64,000 nucleotides of DNA from an uncultured Pelagibacteraceae bacterium (GCA_902547535.1 CACCOB010000004.1:10713-74712); one strand, 5' to 3'; positions 45,366 to 53,460 are shown, counted from the stretch's first letter. The notes: generated by a model not told the origin, from the letters alone. Numbers and translations are program-made.

Positions 45366-46269
45366 TCTTATTAAGAGCATTATTTTTAAATAAATTTGCT
45401 TCTTGTATATATCTTCTTACCATCTGTGTTGTTTTATGACCTGTCATTGCCATTATATTTCTCTCCTCAGCCCCCGCCTCAGCTGTTGATGTTGCAAATC
45501 CCGATCTTAAACTGTGTCCACCATATTTATTAGCCTCTAATCCAGCTATTAAGGCATATCTCTTAATAATCAAAGAAACTGATTTATCTGAAATATCAAA
45601 AATTTTTCCATTATTAATTTTTCTGTAATTTATCCAATCTTGAAGTTTCGTGACTGGACAATATTCATTATTATTAAAGTAGGGGATGGCTTTAATGCTT
45701 CCTTGTCCTAATTGATCTGTTTTTGATCGTCTAATTAAAATTTTAAGACCTTCATTTACAAACTCCAGGTCACTATATTCAATGTTTACAAGTTCAGATC
45801 TTCTGAAGCCTCCTGCAAATCCAAGTAATATTAATGACTTATTTCTAATTTTTTTATCTATGTTTTTTTCTTGATCTATAGCATTAATTATATATTTTAA
45901 ATCATTGATTAATATAGGTTTTTTTGATTTTTGATGTGATCCATTTATTCTTTTAATACCTAATAAATTTTCCATTATTAGAGGATGTTTAGAATCTAAG
46001 TAATGACCCTTCATTTTGTGAACAACTTTTATTGAAGCTATTCTTCTTTTTAAAGTACTAAATTTACATTTTTTAGATAAATATGTTAAATATATCGCTA
46101 ATACTTTAGGTTCTGTTGGAAGTGATTGAAATCCATTCTTTAAACAGAACAAAGTAAAATCTTTGAAATCCGACTCATAAGCTTTAACAGTATTTTTGGC
46201 CTTTGAGTTTTTTAAGTTTTTTATTGTTTCTAGTTCAAGAGATTTTACGTCTGTAATTATATCATTCAT
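45355..46269 (-). CDS. Cre-like tyrosine site-specific recombinase
   Basis: N-terminal NT..AY..D core-binding domain; catalytic motifs FRRSEL, RSKTDQ.G.G, GHSLRSG, TGH, RRYI all intact. Confidence 0.92.
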   Translation of the reverse strand: MNDIITDVKSLELETIKNLKNSKAKNTVKAYESDFKDFTLFCLKNGFQSLPTEPKVLAIYLTYLSKKCKFSTLKRRIASIKVVHKMKGHYLDSKHPLIMENLLGIKRINGSHQKSKKPILINDLKYIINAIDQEKNIDKKIRNKSLILLGFAGGFRRSELVNIEYSDLEFVNEGLKILIRRSKTDQLGQGSIKAIPYFNNNEYCPVTKLQDWINYRKINNGKIFDISDKSVSLIIKRYALIAGLEANKYGGHSLRSGFATSTAEAGAEERNIMAMTGHKTTQMVRRYIQEANLFKNNALNKIKI

Positions 46270-46270
46270 A

Positions 46271-46305
46271 TATATTTCCGATAACCATTAATTATCGGAA
46301 ATATA
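46271..46305. repeat. perfect inverted repeat, candidate lox/dif-like recombination site
   Basis: TATATTTCCGATAA-ccattaa-TTATCGGAAATATA: 14-bp perfect arms around an asymmetric 7-bp spacer, 1 bp from the recombinase ATG. Confidence 0.85.
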
Positions 46306-46328
46306 ATTTATCACATTTTACAAGTCAA
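46300..46328 (-). promoter_or_regulatory. putative sigma70 promoter of the recombinase gene
   Basis: Minus strand TTGACT (46328-46323), 17 nt, TATATT (46305-46300). Confidence 0.6.
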
Positions 46329-46351
46329 GCATTTAATGTAAAAGAATATTA

Positions 46352-46516
46352 ATGCCTAAATATGTTTTAATTGGTCTGATTGTCGTAATTGGAACATTCC
46401 TTATTATGAATTATTTGCCAAAACTGAAAGAACAAACAAAAAATAGAATATTAATGGTTATTTTTGGCATATTTTTTATAAGCATATTTGTTTTGCTATT
46501 TTTATTAATGTTTTGA
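46352..46516 (+). CDS. small two-helix membrane protein, 54 aa
   Basis: Manual translation MPKYVLIGLIVVIGTFLIMNYLPKLKEQTKNRILMVIFGIFFISIFVLLFLLMF; two hydrophobic runs joined by a basic loop; below ORF-track cutoff. Confidence 0.65.
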   Translation: MPKYVLIGLIVVIGTFLIMNYLPKLKEQTKNRILMVIFGIFFISIFVLLFLLMF

Positions 46517-46522
46517 GGTTAT

Positions 46523-46996
46523 TTGATAGATATAATTAGCATTATAGTTGCTGGAATATTTTCATGCATAATACTTGATATTCTGGGCTATTTACTCAAA
46601 TTGATGGGTATTCCTGAACCATCGTGGGGAATTGTTGGAAGATGGACTTATTATATGCTTAAAAATGCTGATTTTTATAACCCAAATATTGCCCAAATGC
46701 CCAATTTTAGGTATGAGGTCTTACTTGGTTGGATTTTTCACTATTATGTATCGATTTGTTGGGCTGTAATCTATTATTTTTGTTTTTTAATGGTAGGTAT
46801 TGAAATGACATATTTTTCAGGCTTTATATTTGGAGCTCTCACAACACTAGCTCCATTATTGATATTTCTACCATTTACAGGACAGGGCGTTTTTGCAAAT
46901 AAGACTGGAATACCTATTAAAACCTCAATTATGTTCTTGATACGTCACTCAATTTATGGAATTGCTATGTATGAGGGTTTTAGATGGTTTACTTAA
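46523..46996 (+). CDS. DUF2938-like membrane protein
   Basis: W..VGRW, E..LGW.FHY, P..G.G.F and H..YG pattern; TTG start. Confidence 0.7.
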   Translation: MIDIISIIVAGIFSCIILDILGYLLKLMGIPEPSWGIVGRWTYYMLKNADFYNPNIAQMPNFRYEVLLGWIFHYYVSICWAVIYYFCFLMVGIEMTYFSGFIFGALTTLAPLLIFLPFTGQGVFANKTGIPIKTSIMFLIRHSIYGIAMYEGFRWFT

Positions 46997-47099
46997 AGCT
47001 TTAGATTAAGTTATACCCACTATTCTACCCTGTTAAAAACTCATAAAATTCAACAATAAAGTGATACATACAACCTAAATGATTTGATATTGTAATTAT

Positions 47100-47286
47100 G
47101 AATTAAGAGGCAACTCTTAACTGACCATCTGGGGAAAAACCGAGAGGTTCAAGCCCAGAGGGCAGAAAACTCTACAGAGTAGCGCTAAAATTGTAGAGTG
47201 GAAGGCATGGCGGTAGCGCATACAACGACGTGCCAAAAACTACTGTTCTTTGTGCCTGAAAAGGTACAAGGAAACAGGGTTTTTTT
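47100..47286 (+). ncRNA. structured non-coding RNA, five hairpins, ending in a terminator-like stem and U-tract
   Basis: GC-rich island in AT-rich DNA; stems capped by GNRA loops GCAA, GAGA and GAAA; extended -10-like TGaTATTGT at 47085-47093. Confidence 0.85.
47243..47286 (+). terminator. intrinsic terminator-like hairpin at the 3' end of the ncRNA
   Basis: CTGTTCTTTGTGCCT-GAAA-AGGTACAAGGAAACAG followed by GG and T7. Confidence 0.6.
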
Positions 47287-47293
47287 CTTATTT

Positions 47294-47569
47294 ATGATCC
47301 TTAAAGGCACTAAATTTCAATTAAAAGTATGGAAATACCTCAAAAAAATACCAAAAGGCCAAGTAAGGACTTATTCTGACGTAGCAAAGGCTATAAATAA
47401 ACCAAAATCAGTAAGAGCTGTGGCAAATGCAATAGGAAAGAACCCATATGCCCCAAAAATACCTTGTCACAGAGTAATTAGGTCGGATGGTTCATTGGGC
47501 GGCTATTCAGGCAAAGGCGGGATAAATACTAAGAGAAAATTACTCAAATCAGAGGGTATTTTGCTCTAA
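47294..47569 (+). CDS. ogt: minimal O6-alkylguanine DNA alkyltransferase (MGMT C-terminal domain only, 91 aa)
   Basis: FQLKVW..L..IPKG...TY, RAVANA, IPCHRV active-site Cys; start moved to ATG 47294. Confidence 0.88.
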   Translation: MILKGTKFQLKVWKYLKKIPKGQVRTYSDVAKAINKPKSVRAVANAIGKNPYAPKIPCHRVIRSDGSLGGYSGKGGINTKRKLLKSEGILL

Positions 47570-47683
47570 AAATGTTAAAAATCAACGGTTTTTGCTCATA
47601 ATACAATTTTTAGTCATATTTTTTTAATATCACCTATAAGTTGCACCATAAAACAGAAAATGTTTAAAATAGAGGGTATTTTG
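47551..47683 (+). repeat. 13-bp direct repeat AGAGGGTATTTTG at 47551-47563 and 47671-47683
   Basis: Exact 13-mer twice, 120 bp apart; both copies have AGAAAAT upstream and AAATG downstream. Confidence 0.7.
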
Positions 47684-48091
47684 GGCTTTTAAATGCTATA
47701 TTCTATTTTTGCAGAGCTAATTAAAATTACTCATTATTCTATCAAAAATTCTGATTTTAATATTTAAAATAATCGCAATGAAATATCCTTGAATATTATA
47801 AATTAGTAAAATTATTATATTTACTTACTTTTTTAAGCATCTGAATTATTAGATTTAAGGTATTATTATTTTAGCTAATAAGTAAGACAAAATCTCTACC
47901 CTATTTACTTAAATCTTCTTAGAAATTTATTAAATTATGAATTAAACAATAAAAAATAATGACTACTAGCTTTGTTATAAAAATCAAATTTATACATTAA
48001 ATATATATTTATTAAATGAATACAAATAATACAATAATAACAGTACTTTATTATTAATAATTAAAGTATTTGTTTAATATATAAGTAAATG

Positions 48092-48952
48092 TTACTTACC
48101 TAAATAAAGTTTAGATAAATAATATTCTCTTCTAGATATATATAAACCACAAAGAACAATTATAAAAAGCCCCAAATATGTCCAATTATCTGGCAATTCA
48201 TTGAATATATAATAACTAAGCAAAATATTAGTAATAATTTCAGTATATCCAAGAGGAGCAAGTTTAGAGGCATCTGCTAATTTTAATGATAGGATTATAA
48301 AAAGATGTGCAATTGCAGCTATAAAGCCAATTAAAGCCATCATAATCCACTGACTATTAGATGGTTGTATCCAGACACCTGGCATAAAGAAAGACATTAC
48401 TATAGTCCCTACTGTTCCAGCAAATAACAAAGTCAAAAGTGAGTTATCTGATGAACTTAATTTTCGAGTAATAATTAAATAAAACCCATAGCAAATACCA
48501 TTACCCAAGGCAGCTAAAGTAGCTAAATTAATCTCTATAAACCCTGGTCTGATTACAATTAAGGTACCTACAAACCCCATTGATACTGCAGTCCATCTTC
48601 TTAAACCTACTTTTTCACTTAAAAAAAAAGGTGACATTGCAGTTACACATATAGGAGCAACAAATGCTAGTGTTAGTGCTTTTGGTAATGAAATTTCAGA
48701 AATTGCATAAAAGAATAAATAAGTGGAAAAGACAAAAATCAACCCTCTTATCAATTGAAGTAAAGGTTTTTTACTCCAAACTAAAGATTTTCTATCAAAA
48801 ATAAGCATTATTAAGAGAGCAAAAACAACAGTAAAAAAATATCTAGCCCAAGTAATTTGTAAAACGTCCATAGAGGAGCTTAAATATTTAGCAAAAGCAT
48901 CCATGAAAGGAACAATCATCCAAGCGGACGCATTGAGTATTACAGCCTTCAT
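48092..48952 (-). CDS. DMT/EamA family transporter
   Basis: Hydrophobic; LSEKVGLRRW, IVIRPG, ASKLAP..Y, F.E.P. Confidence 0.9.
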   Translation of the reverse strand: MKAVILNASAWMIVPFMDAFAKYLSSSMDVLQITWARYFFTVVFALLIMLIFDRKSLVWSKKPLLQLIRGLIFVFSTYLFFYAISEISLPKALTLAFVAPICVTAMSPFFLSEKVGLRRWTAVSMGFVGTLIVIRPGFIEINLATLAALGNGICYGFYLIITRKLSSSDNSLLTLLFAGTVGTIVMSFFMPGVWIQPSNSQWIMMALIGFIAAIAHLFIILSLKLADASKLAPLGYTEIITNILLSYYIFNELPDNWTYLGLFIIVLCGLYISRREYYLSKLYLGK

Positions 48953-48968
48953 TAAAGAAGCATAGCTC

Positions 48969-49868
48969 TTAATTAAAGTATTTTAAAGCAAAGAATACAG
49001 TTATTGGGACTGTTATTAAAGACATTAAAGTTGAAACAACAATTGTACTAGAAATATTATCTACAATTTCTTTTGGCGAATACATGGAAGCAACTAAATA
49101 ACAAAGAATGGCACTAGGCATCGAAGATTGTATTAATAAAACACCTGCTGCAAAGCCAGACAAATTAAAAAAAGATATTAGAGCAAAGCCAATTAAAGGA
49201 CCTATAATAACTCTTCCAGTAGATGTAATTAGAGCGTCCTTAAATGAAAAAATTTTCATTTGCGTTAGAGAAACACCTAAAGACATTAAAATCATTACAA
49301 TCATTCCGTAAGCTAAAAGCATTACAGTATTCAATACAAACATTGGCAAAGGTATTTCGTAATATAGAAATAGGATTGTTGCAATTATTGCATAAAATGA
49401 TGGGCTTTTAACTATTACATTTAAATCAAATTCTCTTTTAGCCAGAAAGATATTTAGAGTGAAATGCAATAAAACAACTAATGATGATATAGCTGCAGCT
49501 ATTCCCATACCAAGTTTTCCATATGCAAATAAACATATTGGGATACCCATATTACCAGTATTAGGTAAAAAAAATGTTGGTAATTCTCTAAGATAATCTT
49601 TTTTCATTAATAATAGGAAAATTAATCCAACGATCAAAAAAGAAGTCAAAAGAATAATAGCATATAAAAAATACTCAGAGAACATTGCAAAAGTTACACC
49701 ACTAGCTGATATAGAAAATATTACTATAGATGGTGTACCGAAATTAGCTGAGTAAGTCGTTATAAAAGATGTATCAAAGTTTGGATTTTTTTTACCAAGA
49801 AAGTAACCAATACCTACAATAAAAAAAACTGGAAATAGAACTTCAAAAAGTTTGATATAAAGTTCCAT
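48969..49868 (-). CDS. AEC (auxin efflux carrier) family transporter
   Basis: PNTGNMGIP, SSMPSA, STLMSLITVP. Confidence 0.85.
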   Translation of the reverse strand: MELYIKLFEVLFPVFFIVGIGYFLGKKNPNFDTSFITTYSANFGTPSIVIFSISASGVTFAMFSEYFLYAIILLTSFLIVGLIFLLLMKKDYLRELPTFFLPNTGNMGIPICLFAYGKLGMGIAAAISSLVVLLHFTLNIFLAKREFDLNVIVKSPSFYAIIATILFLYYEIPLPMFVLNTVMLLAYGMIVMILMSLGVSLTQMKIFSFKDALITSTGRVIIGPLIGFALISFFNLSGFAAGVLLIQSSMPSAILCYLVASMYSPKEIVDNISSTIVVSTLMSLITVPITVFFALKYFN

Positions 49869-51157
49869 TAAAATAATCTTATTAATACTGGATTTTTAAT
49901 TATGTTTCGATTTAATTTAAAAGATTTAATACATTTTTGAGAACTTAATTCATTTGCATCATGAGTAATAATTACAATTGATGCTGTTTTTTTTTTACTA
50001 TTTGGTATCTGGATAATTCTTTGAATTGATATTTTATAGTTTGCAAAAATTTTTGTAATAGATGACAAAACTCCTGGTTTGTCTTTAACTTCTAGTCTTA
50101 CATACAGTGAATTAGATGAAATATCTTTATTAAAAATTTTTGGTTTTTGTCTTTTTGTTCTAGTAATTCCAAAAGAAAATTTAATATTTCCTCTTAAAAT
50201 AGACAACAGGTCTGACATTATCGCGGATGATGTTGGTCCAGGTCCTGCTCCTTCACCTTGCAAAACACTCTCTCCTATTGGTGATCCATTTAAAATTACA
50301 GCATTCATCACGCCACTAACATTTCCGATATAAGAGTCTTTGTTTACCATGCAGGGATGTACTCTCTCAAAAATACTATTTTTAATAATCTCTGTAATAC
50401 CAAGCAATTTAATTCTAAAGTTTAACTGATTGGCTATTTCAATATCTTTAAATTCAATATTTTCGATACCTTCCATCAAACAGTTTGATTTTGAAATTTT
50501 TTTATTAAATGCTAATGAAGAAAGTATTTTTATTTTTGCCAAAGCGTCATATCCATTTAAATCTAATTTAGGATTTCCAGGTTCAGCATAACCGAGGTTC
50601 TGAGCTTTTTTTAAAACACTAACAAAACTATCTTTAGTTTTTTCCATCTCGGACAAAATATAATTACATGTGCCATTAAGAATTCCATAAACTTTTGTTA
50701 TTTTATTAGTTGCAAGACCTTCTTTAATAGTTCTAATTATTGGTATCCCTCCAGCCACAGATGCTTCGAATTCTAAATTTACTTTATTTTTTTCAGCTAA
50801 TTCACCAAGCTTATCTCCATGTTTAGATATGAGTGCTTTATTTGGTGTAATTACATGAATTTTATTTTTTAAAGCGGTTTCAATAACTTTCTTTGATATT
50901 CCATCTGATAAACCGATTGCTTCGATTATTATATGAAGATTTTTTATTTTTAAAATATCTAAAGGATTTGCGTAAAATATTTTTTTGTTTATTTTAAATT
51001 TCCTTTTTTTGTTTTTATTTTTAGCTGAGATCCCAACAACTTTTATTTTCTTTCCAGTCTTAATTTCAATATCTTTTTTTTTAATATTTAACTCATTGTA
51101 TACATATGATCCTATTTGACCAAGACCGATTACAGCTATATTAATATTTTTACTCAT
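49868..51157 (-). CDS. hom: homoserine dehydrogenase
   Basis: GLGQIG, FEASVAGGIP, GILNGTCNYIL, GAGPGPTSSA, C-terminal ACT domain (DKPGVL). Confidence 0.95.
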   Translation of the reverse strand: MSKNINIAVIGLGQIGSYVYNELNIKKKDIEIKTGKKIKVVGISAKNKNKKRKFKINKKIFYANPLDILKIKNLHIIIEAIGLSDGISKKVIETALKNKIHVITPNKALISKHGDKLGELAEKNKVNLEFEASVAGGIPIIRTIKEGLATNKITKVYGILNGTCNYILSEMEKTKDSFVSVLKKAQNLGYAEPGNPKLDLNGYDALAKIKILSSLAFNKKISKSNCLMEGIENIEFKDIEIANQLNFRIKLLGITEIIKNSIFERVHPCMVNKDSYIGNVSGVMNAVILNGSPIGESVLQGEGAGPGPTSSAIMSDLLSILRGNIKFSFGITRTKRQKPKIFNKDISSNSLYVRLEVKDKPGVLSSITKIFANYKISIQRIIQIPNSKKKTASIVIITHDANELSSQKCIKSFKLNRNIIKNPVLIRLF

Positions 51158-51163
51158 TTTTCA

Positions 51164-51370
51164 TTAATCTAATTTAGGAAAATCACTTAGTTCTCCATAT
51201 TTAATTACATTACTTTTAAACTCATCAAAAGAGGTTTCATTTTCAAAATTTAGTTTTGTAATATCTGAATTTGTGTTTTCTTCTTCAACTTTCCACATTG
51301 AAACAGGATGATTTAGAGAACAATGTGATAAAATAATTAAAAATAATATGATTAGTATTTTTTTATACAT
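51164..51370 (-). CDS. small putative lipoprotein
   Basis: MYKKILIILFLIILSHC signal peptide with lipobox-like Cys; fits between argC and hom. Confidence 0.65.
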   Translation of the reverse strand: MYKKILIILFLIILSHCSLNHPVSMWKVEEENTNSDITKLNFENETSFDEFKSNVIKYGELSDFPKLD

Positions 51371-52388
51371 TTAGGCCTTCATCTTCATTAAATTTAAAAT
51401 AATAATTCATATTTTGCACAGCTTGTCCCCCACCACCTTTAATCAAATTATCAATTGCAGACAATATTATTATTTTATCTTTATATTTGCTATTACATAC
51501 TGAAATTAAGCAATTATTAGTATTAATTACATCGTTAGTGCTTAAAAATGTATTTATTTTAGAAATTTTCACAAACTTATGACTTTTGTAATGATTGGTT
51601 AAAACATTTTGAATTTTTCTTAGGGTAGCACCCTTTTTTATATCAACATACATAGTACTTAATATTCCTCTAAACATTGGTGTAAGATGTGGAGTAAAAT
51701 GAAATTTATTTTTTTTTCCAGTTTTTAAATCTAATTCTTGTTGAATTTCAGAATTATGTCTATGATTTGCTAATCCATAAGCACTAAGGGATTCGTATAG
51801 ATTTTTATTTCTATATTTTTTATGTACGCCTCTTCCAGCTCCTGAATAACCAGATTTAGAGTCTATGATAATTGTTTTGTTGTTAATTAGGTTTCTTTTT
51901 ATTAATGGAATTAGTGGAATTAATACAGTAGTTGGATAACATCCAGGACAAGATATTATTTTAAATTTTTTTATTAAATTTCCAGTTATTTCAGGAATAG
52001 AATAAATACTATCTTTAATTAGATTTGAGGCGCTATGTTTAATTTTATACCATTTTTCATATTCATTTTTAGTATTTAGTCTAAAATCTGCAGCAAGGTC
52101 AATAAGGAGAATATTTTTATTTAAATAGTTTGATATAGTCTGAGCTTCACCATTTGGCAGCGCTGTAAATATAATATCAATTTGTGATAGGTATTTTTTG
52201 TTAAACCTAGATATTTTTGGAAGTTTATACTTCTTTAATTCCTTGTCATAAAAATCTATTTTTTTTCCAACAGATGAATTTCCACATAAATATTTGATAT
52301 TTACATGTTTATGTTTACAAAGGAGTTTTGTTAACTGTAATCCTATATATCCAGTTGCTCCATAGATAAGAACATTTTTCTTGATCAT
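51363..52388 (-). CDS. argC: N-acetyl-gamma-glutamyl-phosphate reductase
   Basis: GATGYIG, PGCYPT, SGYSGAGR, IDNLIKG. Confidence 0.95.
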   Translation of the reverse strand: MIKKNVLIYGATGYIGLQLTKLLCKHKHVNIKYLCGNSSVGKKIDFYDKELKKYKLPKISRFNKKYLSQIDIIFTALPNGEAQTISNYLNKNILLIDLAADFRLNTKNEYEKWYKIKHSASNLIKDSIYSIPEITGNLIKKFKIISCPGCYPTTVLIPLIPLIKRNLINNKTIIIDSKSGYSGAGRGVHKKYRNKNLYESLSAYGLANHRHNSEIQQELDLKTGKKNKFHFTPHLTPMFRGILSTMYVDIKKGATLRKIQNVLTNHYKSHKFVKISKINTFLSTNDVINTNNCLISVCNSKYKDKIIILSAIDNLIKGGGGQAVQNMNYYFKFNEDEGLNV

Positions 52389-52421
52389 AAATTAATATAG
52401 CAGTTGAAAATTAAAAAGAAA

Positions 52422-52853
52422 TTATCTTTTAGAGAATTGATAGCTTTTTCTTGCTTTCGCTCTACCAGGTTTTTTTCTTTCAACAGACCTTGAGTCTCTG
52501 GTTGTAAGTTTTTCCTTACGTAAAGTTGATTTTAGTGTTTCATCGAATTTAAGTAGAGCCCTTGAAATACCATGTATTAATGCACCAGCTTGGCCAGTTT
52601 GACCTCCACCAACAACTTTAGATCTTACATCATAATCGGTAGATTGATTAATTATTTCGAATGGTCTTAAAATTTGCATTTTGTGGTTTGCTCTAGGAAA
52701 ATAATCATCTAATGATTTTCCATTAACATAGAATTTTCCTGTTCCTTTTTTTAACCAAACTTTGGCAACTGATTTTTTTCTTCTACCAGTAGCATACTTG
52801 CTATCTTTAAAATCTAATTTTATCTTTGGAGATGATGTTTGATTGTCTTCCAT
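52422..52853 (-). CDS. rpsI: 30S ribosomal protein S9
   Basis: ATGRRK, GGG..GQA, TRD.R..ERKK, QFSKR. Confidence 0.97.
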   Translation of the reverse strand: MEDNQTSSPKIKLDFKDSKYATGRRKKSVAKVWLKKGTGKFYVNGKSLDDYFPRANHKMQILRPFEIINQSTDYDVRSKVVGGGQTGQAGALIHGISRALLKFDETLKSTLRKEKLTTRDSRSVERKKPGRAKARKSYQFSKR

Positions 52854-52854
52854 A

Positions 52855-53313
52855 TTAATTTCTAACTATATTTTTCTCATTAAGTTTGCTGATTTCAATT
52901 ACTTTAGGATTTTGTGCACTATGAGGGTGATTAGCTCCAGAGTAAATTTTAAGCTTTGACAATTGTTTTTTACCAAGAGCTCCGGTAGGCAACATTCTTT
53001 TGACAGCTAATTTTAAAACTTCACCAGGTTTTTTCTCACTTAATTTTTCAGGTGTTATTTCTTTTATTCCTCCAGGATAACCAGTGTGTCTATAGTACTT
53101 TTTGTTTTGAAATTTATTTCCAGTAAATTTTATTTGGTCTACATTTTTAACAACAACAAAATCGCCATGATCCATATGAGGAGTATATTTTGTTTTATTT
53201 TTGCCTCTTATAATTTTTGATAAAACTGTTGCTAGTCTACCAACTACGGCGCCTGTAGCGTCAATTTCAAACCACTCGCTATTTATCTCATCTTTTTTAA
53301 CAAATTTTGTCAT
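52855..53313 (-). CDS. rplM: 50S ribosomal protein L13
   Basis: W..IDA....GRLA, YTPH.D.GD, HTGYPGG; start moved to ATG 53313. Confidence 0.97.
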   Translation of the reverse strand: MTKFVKKDEINSEWFEIDATGAVVGRLATVLSKIIRGKNKTKYTPHMDHGDFVVVKNVDQIKFTGNKFQNKKYYRHTGYPGGIKEITPEKLSEKKPGEVLKLAVKRMLPTGALGKKQLSKLKIYSGANHPHSAQNPKVIEISKLNEKNIVRN

Positions 53314-53323
53314 GAATGCGGGA

Positions 53324-53352
53324 TTAATACTTATAATTACGTATATTGTCAA
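53324..53352 (-). promoter_or_regulatory. putative sigma70 promoter of rplM-rpsI
   Basis: Minus strand TTGACA, 17 nt, TATTAA, ending 10 nt upstream of the ATG. Confidence 0.6.
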
Positions 53353-53460
53353 TTTATTATATTTTTTTAGGACTTAATGGTTGATTGAATTATGAGCATT
53401 TATTAGTAATAATATCCTCTTTAAAAAGGAATTCTCTAAGCTAATAATTAAAGGAGCCAA

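Noticed and set aside
47198-47293. N-terminal extension of the MGMT ORF in the ORF track
   Set aside because: It runs through ncRNA hairpins P4-P5 and the U-tract; MGMT-like sequence begins only at ATG 47294
47570-48091. Replication origin in the AT-rich gap
   Set aside because: No clear DnaA boxes seen, no dnaA/parAB/hemE nearby, and flanking genes converge rather than diverge
40326-48091. Prophage, integron or ICE around the recombinase
   Set aside because: No structural, replication or conjugation genes, no attC-like repeats, and no tRNA-linked direct repeats seen
50321-50330. ATTTCCGATA, partial match to one arm of the lox-like site
   Set aside because: Lies inside hom with no partner arm; consistent with chance
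53353-53460. Possible SAM-V/SAM-II riboswitch ahead of the first MetY-family gene
   Set aside because: Only a weak AT-rich stem (TTATTAGT/GCTAATAA) and a small inner hairpin are visible; I could not fit the SAM-II/V pseudoknot core. cmscan would settle it
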